Below, piece by piece: positions 18,880 through 27,117 of a stretch of 64,000 nt of DNA. The notes beneath the pieces were generated by a model, which saw only the letters and a program-made list of their open reading frames with translations, searched no databases and was not told the DNA's origin. Each line of letters starts with the position of its first letter. Position 1 is the stretch's first letter. This DNA is from Actinomycetota bacterium (GTDB lineage Bacteria > Actinomycetota > Thermoleophilia > Solirubrobacterales > Thermoleophilaceae): contig JBKPSR010000012.1 in assembly GCA_046735115.1 (NCBI GenBank), forward strand, positions 3,317-67,316, written 5' to 3'. The position numbers and the translations under genes are program-made.

Positions 18880-19953
18880 TCAGGGGAGAATCAGGTGGCT
18901 GTCGCCGAACTCGTGGAACCGGTAGCCGTGGGCTCGGGCCGCATCGTAGGAGCGGCCGAGGAGGTTCGGGCCCGCCGCCGCCTCAAGGAGCTTCAGGTGC
19001 GACGAGTCGGGCTCGTGCCAGCCGGTGATGAGCCCGTCGACGGTGCGCAGTTCACGCTCGGGCGTGACGGTCAGGTTCGTGAGCCCCTCGCCGGGCCTCA
19101 CGCGGCCGCCGGGCGCGGCGACCGTCTCGAGCGCCCTGACCACTGTCGTGCCGACCGCGATCACGCGGCCGCCCCAGTCGTGCACGGCGTTCACGAGCCG
19201 CGCCGTTTCCGACGGGACGCGGTAGCGCTCGGGATACGGATTCTCGCCGGCCTCGAGCGACGAGACCCCGCAGTGGAGTGTGATCGGTGCGATCAGGACC
19301 CCGCGCGCGACGAGCTCGGTGACCAGCTCCGGCGTGAAGGGGCGCGCCGCGCTGGGCATCTCGGCGCTGCCGGGGTGCAGCGCGAAGATCGTCTGGTAGT
19401 CCTCGATCGGCCGATCCTCGTCGCTGTGGCTGTAGCGAATCGGCTGGCCGTGCCGACGCAGGTACAGGTCGACCGGGCCCCCGAGCGACAGCCGCGCCAC
19501 CGACAACCTGCCGCTGCCGAGGTAGGGGGCGAGCAGCTCCGCCGACGCGCCGCCGGGCAGCTCGAGCCGCGTGCCGATCCTGGGCGCGCGCAGCTGGCGC
19601 CGATCGGTCGTGCGCAGCTCGACGACCCAGAGCGCCTCCCCGGCCGCAAGCTCCTCGCGCCCGTCGACGGGCGTCGACAGGTGCAGCTCGACGTCGCCCC
19701 CGTCGAGTCGGGCGGCGCCTGCGTCGACCCGCGCCGTGCCGGCGTACCGCTCGTCCGCGAGCCGCGCCGGCACGGCTGCCGGCAGCGTCCCGGACGTGTT
19801 CACGACGAGGAGGTCGCCTGTGTGAAGGAACCGTGCCAGGTCTGCGAAGCACGCGTCCTCGAGCGTGCCGTCCCCGCGGCTTGCGACCAGGAGAGGGTCC
19901 GTGCACTCATCACCCTCACGCGGCTCGACGACCTCGGTGGCGCGCGCGATCAC
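18880..19953 (-). CDS. QueA-family S-adenosylmethionine ribosyltransferase-isomerase homologue
   Basis: ..FADLARFLHTGDLLVVNTSGTLPA.., ..YQTIFA..GSAEMPSAARPFT.., ..ITLHCG.., ..RVIAVGTTVVRALE.., ..GWHEPDSSHLKLL.., ..YRFHEFGDSHLI.. run parallel to E. coli QueA as I recall it. 4-nt overlap with the SDR stop. Confidence 0.8.
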   Translation of the reverse strand: MIARATEVVEPREGDECTDPLLVASRGDGTLEDACFADLARFLHTGDLLVVNTSGTLPAAVPARLADERYAGTARVDAGAARLDGGDVELHLSTPVDGREELAAGEALWVVELRTTDRRQLRAPRIGTRLELPGGASAELLAPYLGSGRLSVARLSLGGPVDLYLRRHGQPIRYSHSDEDRPIEDYQTIFALHPGSAEMPSAARPFTPELVTELVARGVLIAPITLHCGVSSLEAGENPYPERYRVPSETARLVNAVHDWGGRVIAVGTTVVRALETVAAPGGRVRPGEGLTNLTVTPERELRTVDGLITGWHEPDSSHLKLLEAAAGPNLLGRSYDAARAHGYRFHEFGDSHLILP

Positions 19954-20639
19954 CGCGGCACCTGCGCGACCTCGCTGGCTCGGTAGCGCCCACTGGGGAG
20001 CGAGCCGTCGATCAGCGCGAGCAGGCCCGGCACGCTGTCCTCCGGCGGCGGGCGGTCCGAGATGTCGTCGCCCGGGAAGGCCTCCTGCTGCATCTGGGTG
20101 CGCATGTCGCCGGGATCGACCCAGTACACGCGCAATCCGGGGTGCTCAGCCGCCAATATCGCCGTGAGCTGCTCGAGGGCGGCCTTCGAGGAGCCGTAGC
20201 CGCCCCAGCCCTCGTAGGCCTCGACGCCGGCGTCCGAGGTGATGCTGAGGATCGCGGCGCCCTCGCTCATGTGCGGCAGGGCGAGCTGCGCCAGCGCGAG
20301 CGGCGCGAAGACGTTCGCCTCGTACACCTCGCGCAGCGTGTCGAGCGGGTACTCGGCCAGCGTGGGCTGAGGGCTCGGGCCGAGCAGGCTGGCGTTGTTC
20401 ACGAGGAGGTCGATCTGCCCTCCGGCGGCCTCGACGAGCGCCCTGCGATGGTCGGGATCGGCCACGTCGCCGGGAATCGCGGTGACCGCGTCGAGCCCCG
20501 CCGTCGCCTCCGCGAGCGCATCTGCGCCGCGGGCATCGACGACCAGGCGCCAGCCGCGCTCGTCGAGCGCGCGGGCAAGCGCGAGCCCCAGTCCACGCGA
20601 CGCCCCGGTGACGATCCCAACGGGCATGCCGGCAATCAT
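19950..20639 (-). CDS. Short-chain dehydrogenase/reductase
   Basis: ..GIVTGASRGLGLALA.., ..NNAS.., ..YGSSKAALE... SD-like GAAGG lies 5 nt upstream of the ATG. Confidence 0.85.
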   Translation of the reverse strand: MIAGMPVGIVTGASRGLGLALARALDERGWRLVVDARGADALAEATAGLDAVTAIPGDVADPDHRRALVEAAGGQIDLLVNNASLLGPSPQPTLAEYPLDTLREVYEANVFAPLALAQLALPHMSEGAAILSITSDAGVEAYEGWGGYGSSKAALEQLTAILAAEHPGLRVYWVDPGDMRTQMQQEAFPGDDISDRPPPEDSVPGLLALIDGSLPSGRYRASEVAQVPR

Positions 20640-20643
20640 GCAC

Positions 20644-20661
20644 CTTCAAGTCCACTTGAAG
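20644..20661. promoter_or_regulatory. Inverted repeat CTTCAAG-TCCA-CTTGAAG next to the SDR start
   Basis: Read directly: perfect 7-bp arms with a 4-bp spacer, 5-22 nt upstream of the SDR ATG (20639). Confidence 0.3.
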
Positions 20662-20786
20662 TCAAGGGGTCAGACCCCCTAAGTCCCTCCGACTCAAGGG
20701 GTCTGACCCCCTAAGCGCGCGCGACTCAAGGGGTCTGACCCCCTAAGTGCGCGCGACTCCAGGGGTCTGACCCCTTGCGTTAGCGT
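20659..20786. repeat. Four phased 32-bp tandem units, each with the palindrome AGGGGTC-N-GACCCCT
   Basis: Units start at 20659, 20691, 20723 and 20755. Units 2 and 3 are 31/32 identical (GACTCAAGGGGTCTGACCCCCTAAGYGCGCGC); units 1 and 4 keep the 15-bp palindrome. The array fills the SDR / class-V enzyme divergent intergenic region. Confidence 0.9.
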
Positions 20787-20793
20787 CGCTCGG

Positions 20794-21834
20794 GTGACGA
20801 TCGAGGAGGCGCAGCGGCTCTGGCAGCCGGAGACCCTCTATCTGAACACCGCGAGTTACGGGCTCCCGCCGGCTCCGGGGTGGGAGGCGCTACGGGCCGT
20901 GCTCGCCGACTGGCGGGGAGGGCGCACCAGCTGGGAGGGCTGGGGCGACTCCACCGAGGCGGCCCGGGCCTCGTTCGCGCGGCTCGTCGGCGTGCCGACC
21001 GAGTGGATCGCCACCGGCGCGAACACCTCCACCATGGTCGGCCTCGTGGCGGCGTCGCTGCCGGATGGCGCGCGCGTGGTGTCCGCAGAGCCGGAGTTCA
21101 CCTCGCTGCTGTGGCCGTTCCTCGCACAGGGCCGCGGGATCGAGGTCGAGTGCGTCCAGGTTCTCGACCTCGCGGAATCGGTGGACGAGCGCACCGACGT
21201 CGTCGCGCTGAGCGCGGTCCAGTCCTCAACGGGCGAGGTCGCCGACCTGGACACCGTCATCGACGCCGCGGCCGCGCATGACGCCCTGGTCGTCGTGGAC
21301 GCGACGCAGGCGTGCGGCTGGCTGCCCATCGACGCGACGCGGATCCACATGCTCGCCTGCAGCGCGTACAAGTGGCTCTGCTCGCCGCGCGGAACCGCGT
21401 TCATGAGCGTCCGGCCGGAGCTCCAGGAACGGCTCACGCCGCACGCGGCCGGCTGGTACGCGGGCGAGGATCCACACGCCTCCTACTACGGCCCGCCGCT
21501 CCGCCTGGCCCGCGACGCGCGCCGCTTCGACGTGAGCCCCGCCTGGTTCCCGTGGGTGGCCACCGCCCCGACGCTCGACGTCCTGCTCGACATCGGCATC
21601 GACGCGATCCACGAGCACGACCTCGGCCTGGCCAACCGCTTCCGAGCAGGCCTGGACCTGCCGCCCGGGGACTCGGCGATCGTGTCCGCCGAGCTGCCGG
21701 ACGCGGAGGAGCGCCTCCGCGGCTCGCGAGTCATGGCGGCCGCACGCGCGGGACTGCTCCGCACGTCGTGGCACGTCTACAACACGGACGACGACGTGCA
21801 GGAAATGCTGGAGCTCCTCGGCAGGCCCGGCTAG
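20794..21834 (+). CDS. Class-V-fold PLP-dependent enzyme (aminotransferase/desulfurase-like)
   Basis: GTG start. ..VVDATQACGWLPID.. and Lys context ..ACSAYKWLCSPRGTAF... TAGCGT (TANNNT) at 20781-20786 is placed for a leaderless transcript. Confidence 0.8.
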   Translation: MTIEEAQRLWQPETLYLNTASYGLPPAPGWEALRAVLADWRGGRTSWEGWGDSTEAARASFARLVGVPTEWIATGANTSTMVGLVAASLPDGARVVSAEPEFTSLLWPFLAQGRGIEVECVQVLDLAESVDERTDVVALSAVQSSTGEVADLDTVIDAAAAHDALVVVDATQACGWLPIDATRIHMLACSAYKWLCSPRGTAFMSVRPELQERLTPHAAGWYAGEDPHASYYGPPLRLARDARRFDVSPAWFPWVATAPTLDVLLDIGIDAIHEHDLGLANRFRAGLDLPPGDSAIVSAELPDAEERLRGSRVMAAARAGLLRTSWHVYNTDDDVQEMLELLGRPG

Positions 21835-23813
21835 AGCTTCTGCGGCCCGCGCGGCGGGTCGTCCGCGCGCATGTCCGCGGCGCCGCCGGCAAGGCCGGGG
21901 CGGGGCAGCTTCGGTGCGGGCGCGGGCGCCGGCTTGCGCTCCGGCGCCTCGGGCGCGGGCGGCGGCGGCACCGGCACGGCCGGTTCCTCAGCGCCGAAGA
22001 CCTCTTCCTCGGTCTTCCCCTGGAGCAGCTCGATGAACTGCTCGCGCTCGATCGTCTCGCGGCGCAGCAGGATCTCCGAGGTCACGTCGAGCTTCTCGCG
22101 ATGCTCCTCCAGCACAGCGCGCGCCGTCTGGTGCGCCTCCTCGACGATGCGGCGGATCTCGTCGTCGATCTCGCGGGCGATCTCGTCCGAGTAGTCCGGC
22201 TCCGAGGAGAACTCGCGACCCAGGAACGGCTGGCCGTGGTCGTGGCCGAACACGCGCGGCCCGAGCTTCTCCGACATGCCGAAGCGCATGACCATCTGCT
22301 TGGCGGTAGCGGTGACCTTCTCGAGGTCGTTCGACGCGCCCGTCGTGACCTCGCCGAACACGATCTCCTCGGCCGCGCGGCCGCCGAGCGTCATCGCCAT
22401 CGTGTCGGACAGCTCGGCGCGCGTCGTGAGGAACTTGTCCTCGGTCGGCAGCGAGATCGTGTAGCCGAGCGCCTGGCCGCGCGAGATCACCGAGATCTTG
22501 TGGACCGGGTCGGTGTTCTCGAGGTAGTGCGCCACCAGCGCGTGGCCCATCTCGTGGAAGGCTGTGACGCGGCGCTCCTTCTCGGACATCACGCGGGTCT
22601 TCTTCTCCGGCCCCGCGATCACGCGCATGATCCCCTCCTCCAGCTGGAGGTGGTCGATCTCGCGCTTGCCCTGGCGGGCCGCGAGCAGCGCGGCCTCGTT
22701 CACCAGGTTCTGGAGGTCGGCGCCGGTGAAGCCGGGGGTCTGGCCCGCGAGCACGTCCAGGTCGATGGCCTTCGCGAGAGGCTTGCCGCGCGTGTGGACC
22801 TGGAGGATCTTCTGGCGCCCCTTCCGGTCGGGCCGGTCGACCACGATCTGGCGGTCGAAGCGGCCCGGGCGGAGCAGCGCCGGGTCGAGGATGTCCGGGC
22901 GGTTCGTGGCGGCGATGAGGATGATGTTGTCCTTCATCTCGAAGCCGTCCATCTCGACGAGCAGCTGGTTCAGGGTCTGCTCGCGCTCGTCGTGGCCGCC
23001 GCCGAGCCCGGCGCCGCGGTGACGGCCCACGGCGTCGATCTCGTCCATGAAGATGATGCAGGGCGAGTTCTGCTTCGCCTGCTCGAACAAGTCACGCACG
23101 CGCGAGGCGCCGACGCCCACGAACATCTCGACGAAGTCGGAGCCCGAGATCGAGAAGAACGGCACGCCGGCCTCGCCCGCGACGGCGCGCGCGAGCAGCG
23201 TCTTGCCGGTGCCCGGCGGGCCGTACAGCAGCACGCCCTTGGGGATGCGGGCGCCGAGCGCTTGGAACTTCTTCGGGTTCTCGAGGAACTCCTTGATCTC
23301 ATGGAGTTCCTCCACGGCTTCGTCCACGCCGGCGACATCGCGGAAGGTGATCTTCGGCGAGTCGACCGACATCCGCTTCGCGCGCGACTTCCCGAAGGAC
23401 ATCACCTTCGAGCCGCCCCCCTGCATCTGATTGATGATGAACAGCCAGAACAGCAGGAAGATCACGAAGGGCAGGATGTACGTGAGGGCCGTGAGCCAGC
23501 CCGATCCCCCCTTCGGCTTCACGTCGACGGTCGAGTGCGCCGCCTGCAGCTTGTTGACGAGGCTCTGCTCGGTGTTGTCCGGGTAGGCGGTCTGGTACTT
23601 GCGGCCGTCCTTGAGCTCGACGTCGACGCGGTTGTTCTTCGTCGACAGCGTCGCGCTCTTGACGTCGCCCCTCTGAACCTGCGTAAGGAAGGTCGAGTAC
23701 GAGGGCGGTTCGGTGCGGTCGCCAGGGCTGATCAGCCTCTGGGCGAAGAACGCGAGAACCACCACAATCAGGATCGGGAATGCGGCGCTCTTGAAGAATC
23801 TGCTCACGGCCAA
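21831..23813 (-). CDS. ftsH: ATP-dependent zinc metalloprotease FtsH
   Basis: 660 aa. Two N-terminal TM segments, Walker A ..[11 protein letters not shown].., SRH ..[19 protein letters not shown].., zinc site ..HEMGHAL... Confidence 0.97.
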   Translation of the reverse strand: MAVSRFFKSAAFPILIVVVLAFFAQRLISPGDRTEPPSYSTFLTQVQRGDVKSATLSTKNNRVDVELKDGRKYQTAYPDNTEQSLVNKLQAAHSTVDVKPKGGSGWLTALTYILPFVIFLLFWLFIINQMQGGGSKVMSFGKSRAKRMSVDSPKITFRDVAGVDEAVEELHEIKEFLENPKKFQALGARIPKGVLLYGPPGTGKTLLARAVAGEAGVPFFSISGSDFVEMFVGVGASRVRDLFEQAKQNSPCIIFMDEIDAVGRHRGAGLGGGHDEREQTLNQLLVEMDGFEMKDNIILIAATNRPDILDPALLRPGRFDRQIVVDRPDRKGRQKILQVHTRGKPLAKAIDLDVLAGQTPGFTGADLQNLVNEAALLAARQGKREIDHLQLEEGIMRVIAGPEKKTRVMSEKERRVTAFHEMGHALVAHYLENTDPVHKISVISRGQALGYTISLPTEDKFLTTRAELSDTMAMTLGGRAAEEIVFGEVTTGASNDLEKVTATAKQMVMRFGMSEKLGPRVFGHDHGQPFLGREFSSEPDYSDEIAREIDDEIRRIVEEAHQTARAVLEEHREKLDVTSEILLRRETIEREQFIELLQGKTEEEVFGAEEPAVPVPPPPAPEAPERKPAPAPAPKLPRPGLAGGAADMRADDPPRGPQKL

Positions 23814-23894
23814 TTGCCCTGCGAATGGGTGAAACCCAAGCGTAGCAGTGGTGTATATGCCTGATTCGGCGCTTTGGCGCTCGAAACCTGCGCT

Positions 23895-24428
23895 CTACGA
23901 CTCGTTCAACACCGCCACGTAGGGCAGGTTCCGGTAGCGCTCGGCGTGGTCCAGGCCGTAGCCGATCGCGAACCGATTGGGGATCTCGAACCCGACGTAG
24001 CGGATCGGCATGTCCACCTCGCGGCGGTCGGGCTTGGTCAGGAGCGCGCACACCTCGAGCGACGCCGGCGAGCGCGCGCCCAGCATCCGGAACAGGTAGC
24101 TGAGCGTTAGGCCGGAGTCGACGATGTCCTCGACGATCAGCACGTGGCGGCCCTCGATCGACGCGTCGAGGTCCTTGAGGATGCGCACGACGCCCGACGA
24201 GTCGGTCGACGACCCGTACGACGACACCGCCATGAAGTCCACCTCGCAGTCCACCTCGAGCTGGCGCATGAGGTCGGCGAGGAAGAAGACGGCCCCCTTC
24301 AGCACGCCGATCAGGAGCACGTCCTTCCCGGCGTAGTCGGCGGAGATCTGCTCAGCGAGCTCGCTGACCCGGTGCGCGAGCTCATCCGGCTGGACGAGGA
24401 TCTCTCCGACGTTCGAGTTGGTCGTCAT
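23895..24428 (-). CDS. hpt: Hypoxanthine-guanine phosphoribosyltransferase
   Basis: 177 aa. PRPP motif ..VLIVEDIVDSGLTLS.. and ..IGYGLDHAERYRNLP... Confidence 0.93.
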   Translation of the reverse strand: MTTNSNVGEILVQPDELAHRVSELAEQISADYAGKDVLLIGVLKGAVFFLADLMRQLEVDCEVDFMAVSSYGSSTDSSGVVRILKDLDASIEGRHVLIVEDIVDSGLTLSYLFRMLGARSPASLEVCALLTKPDRREVDMPIRYVGFEIPNRFAIGYGLDHAERYRNLPYVAVLNES

Positions 24429-24470
24429 CTGGCTCGCAGGAGGGTACCTCCGCGGGCATCCATGCCCGCG

Positions 24471-25838
24471 CTATGACGCCGACGGCGACCTCCCGTCGCC
24501 GAGATCGTGGTCGTAAACGCGGTCGCCTCCCACCCAGGTGCCGGCGACGGTCTCCTCGCGCGCGAGAGTGATAAGGGCCCCCAGCGCCTGCTCGCCGGAC
24601 TCGGAGCGGGCGATCGTGGCCGCCAGCGTGCTGCCCTCGGGCGGCCGCAGGAGCATGAGATCGGCGCTGCGGCCCGGGGTGAGGTCGCCGGCCACGTCGC
24701 CGACGCCGAGCACCCCCGCGCCGGCGCGCGTCGCAAGCCACAGCAGGTGAGGCGGTGAGAGGCGGACGCCGTCGGGTGTGATCATCTGGCCCCCGTAGGC
24801 CGAGAGCCCCTCCTTCAGCACGCTGAGCCCGGCTCCCGCACCGACGTCCGTGCCCAGACCGAAGCGCACGCCGTGGTCGAGGTGGCGCCGCATCGGGAAG
24901 ATGCCACTGCCCAGGAAGCCGTTGCTGGACGGGCAGTGCGCCACCCGGGTTCCGGATGCGGCCATGCGCGCAAGCTCCGCGTCTGTCGTGAGCACGCTGT
25001 GGGCCAGGACCGCGCGCTCGCCCACCAGGCCGTGGCTTTCGTAGGTCTCCAGGTAGTCGCTAGCTCCGTCGAACAGGTCGAGCACCTCCCTGACCTCCTT
25101 GCGGTTCTCGTTGATGTGGCTCGTGACGAGCGCGCCGTCGTGCTCGGCTGCAAGCGACCCACACGATTCGAGCATCGCGTCCGAGCACGAGATCGAGAAG
25201 CGCGGCGTGACGGCGTAGCGGAGCCGGCCCCGGCCGTGCCAGCGGCGGGCGAGCGCGAGCCCGGCGTCGTGGGCCTCCTCGGGTGTTGCGTGCAGTTCGG
25301 GCAGGAGATTGCGGTCGGAGACGACGAGCCCGCTTGCGATCCGCAAGCCGCTGTCCGCCGCGGCAGCGAAGAAGGCGTCCTGGGCGTCGGCGAAGTGCGA
25401 GCCGAACACGAGCGCCGTCGTGGTGCCGTTGGCCGCCAGGCCGTGGAGGAAGTCGCGCGCCAGCGGGCGCGCGTAGTCGAGGTCGGCGAGCTTGGCTTCC
25501 TCGGGAAGGGTGCGCGTCCGGAGCCAGTCGAGCAGCTCGAGGCCCATGGCGCCGATGGCTCCGAGCTGCGGCCAGTGCACGTGCGTGTCGACGAGCCCGG
25601 GGAGCAGGAAGGCCTCGCGCTCGTCGACGATTTCGGCGTCCGGATGGGTCGCCGAGACCTCGGTGAAGTCGCCGGTGGCGACGATGTGGCCATCCGCGAA
25701 CGCAACCGCACCGTTCTCGTAAGACTCGAGCGCACTTCCGTCACCCTCGAACGGATCGCGCGGGGTGTGGAGTACACGCGCGCGGATGAGCGTCGCGGCC
25801 GCGACGCCGGGGTCGCCCGTGGGCGGCACCTCCGCCAC
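24471..25838 (-). CDS. guaD: Guanine deaminase (amidohydrolase superfamily)
   Basis: ..PGLVDTHVHWPQ.., ..LDWL..TLPEE.., ..NGTTTALVF.., ..TPRFSISC.., ..SHINEN.., ..AHCPSSNGFLGSG.., ..GLGTDVGAG... The GTG start immediately follows the LOG TGA. Confidence 0.85.
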   Translation of the reverse strand: MAEVPPTGDPGVAAATLIRARVLHTPRDPFEGDGSALESYENGAVAFADGHIVATGDFTEVSATHPDAEIVDEREAFLLPGLVDTHVHWPQLGAIGAMGLELLDWLRTRTLPEEAKLADLDYARPLARDFLHGLAANGTTTALVFGSHFADAQDAFFAAAADSGLRIASGLVVSDRNLLPELHATPEEAHDAGLALARRWHGRGRLRYAVTPRFSISCSDAMLESCGSLAAEHDGALVTSHINENRKEVREVLDLFDGASDYLETYESHGLVGERAVLAHSVLTTDAELARMAASGTRVAHCPSSNGFLGSGIFPMRRHLDHGVRFGLGTDVGAGAGLSVLKEGLSAYGGQMITPDGVRLSPPHLLWLATRAGAGVLGVGDVAGDLTPGRSADLMLLRPPEGSTLAATIARSESGEQALGALITLAREETVAGTWVGGDRVYDHDLGDGRSPSAS

Positions 25839-26453
25839 TCAGGTCTCCTCGCGATCGATCCACTTCGGGACGACGGCCTGTGGCTCGAAGTTTTGGAGGC
25901 GCTCGAGGAGGGTCGCAGGCTTGCTGTCGACTAGCAGCAGCGCGCGCGTCTCCTCGCGAAGGAAGCGCTCGCCTACAGCGTGCGACAGGAAGTCCTCGAT
26001 GCCGTCGTAGTAGCCCTCGACGTTCAGGAGCGCGCAGGGCTTCTGGTGCAGGCCAAGCTGAGCCCACGTGTAGACCTCGAAGAGCTCCTCGAGCGTGCCG
26101 ATGCCGCCCGGCAGCGCGATGAAGGCGTCGGCGAGGTCCGCCATCAGCGCCTTGCGCTCGTGCATGGAGCCGACCACGCGCATGTCTGTCACGTCGCGAT
26201 GCGCGATCTCGCGGTCGACGAGCGAGCGTGGGATCACGCCCGTGAGCTCGCCGCCCTCGGCAATCACGGCGTCGGCGAGCGCGCCCATCAGCCCCACGCC
26301 TCCGCCGCCGTAGACCACCCCGATCCCCTCCGCCGCGAGCAGACGCGCGAGCTGCGCGGTGGCCTCGCGGTACGCCGGCCGGGCGCCCGGGCTCGCCCCA
26401 CAGAAGACGCAGATCCGCTCCACGCGCGGCAGGCTAGATTGTTCGGCCGCCAT
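25839..26453 (-). CDS. LOG-family nucleotide 5'-monophosphate nucleosidase (TIGR00730-type)
   Basis: MAAEQSSLPRVERICVFCGAS.., ..VYGGGGVGLMG.., ..IALPGGIGTLEE... ATG at 26453 (alternative GTG at 26423). The track extension to 26630 overlaps trpF and looks non-coding. Confidence 0.85.
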   Translation of the reverse strand: MAAEQSSLPRVERICVFCGASPGARPAYREATAQLARLLAAEGIGVVYGGGGVGLMGALADAVIAEGGELTGVIPRSLVDREIAHRDVTDMRVVGSMHERKALMADLADAFIALPGGIGTLEELFEVYTWAQLGLHQKPCALLNVEGYYDGIEDFLSHAVGERFLREETRALLLVDSKPATLLERLQNFEPQAVVPKWIDREET

Positions 26454-27117
26454 GCAGCCTCCCAGCTTCACCCGCGTGAAGGTCTGCTGCATGCAGAGCA
26501 TCGACGAAGTCTGGATGGCGATCGACGCCGGCGCGTCGGCGATCGGACTCGTCTCGCCGATGCCGAGCGGCCCGGGGCCGATCTCGAATGAGAAAGCAGC
26601 GGAGATCGCGGCAGAGGTGCCGCCGGGCATCGACGCGTTTCTGCTTACGCCGCTTCAGACCGTGGAGGAGCTGGTCGAACAGAACCGGCTTGTCAGGGCG
26701 CGGACACTGCAGCTCGTCGACGAGCTCCCCGTTGGCGCACACGCCGAGCTGCGACGCGCCATGCCCGGCGTGAAGCTCGTGCAGGTCATCCACGTGGTTG
26801 CGCCCAAGTCGGTGGAGGAGGCGATCTCGGTGGCGCCCGAAGTCGACGCGATCTTGCTCGACTCCGGGAACCCGTCGCTTGAGGTGAAGGAGCTCGGCGG
26901 CACCGGCCGGCGCCACGACTGGGCGCTCAGCCGCAGTATCCGCGAGGCGGTCGACGTTCCTGTCTGGCTGGCCGGCGGCCTTAACCCCGACAACGCGCGC
27001 GAGGCGATCGAGACCGTGCAGCCGTTCGCACTCGACGTCTGCAGCGGTCTCCGGACCGGCGAGGGCTACGACCTAGACCAGGACAAGCTGGACCGCTTCA
27101 TGGCGGCCGTCAGGTAA
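26452..27117 (+). CDS. trpF: Phosphoribosylanthranilate isomerase-like protein
   Basis: MQPPSFTRVKVCCMQS.. (Cys of the VKICG motif), ..LQLVDE.., ..ILLDSG.., ..LGGTGRRHDW.., ..WLAGGLNPDN.., ..ALDVCSGL... Confidence 0.8.
   Translation: MQPPSFTRVKVCCMQSIDEVWMAIDAGASAIGLVSPMPSGPGPISNEKAAEIAAEVPPGIDAFLLTPLQTVEELVEQNRLVRARTLQLVDELPVGAHAELRRAMPGVKLVQVIHVVAPKSVEEAISVAPEVDAILLDSGNPSLEVKELGGTGRRHDWALSRSIREAVDVPVWLAGGLNPDNAREAIETVQPFALDVCSGLRTGEGYDLDQDKLDRFMAAVR

Noticed and set aside
20659-20786. The 32-bp periodic repeats considered as a mini CRISPR array
   Set aside because: The repeat cores are ~25 bp, but the spacers are only ~7 bp and nearly identical (GCGCGC). No cas genes are in the window. 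The units are palindromic and operator-like. Reported as a repeat/regulatory array instead.
21312-23864. 850-aa plus-strand ORF overlapping the class-V enzyme 3' end and all of ftsH
   Set aside because: It is the antisense shadow of ftsH, with a low-complexity Arg/Leu/Asp/Gly composition. FtsH motifs on the minus strand explain the region.
25839-26630. Longer 263-aa version of the LOG ORF
   Set aside because: The extra 59 codons overlap trpF on the other strand, have poor composition (MPGGTSAAISAAFSFEIG..) and precede the conserved ..ICVFCG.. start region by far too much.
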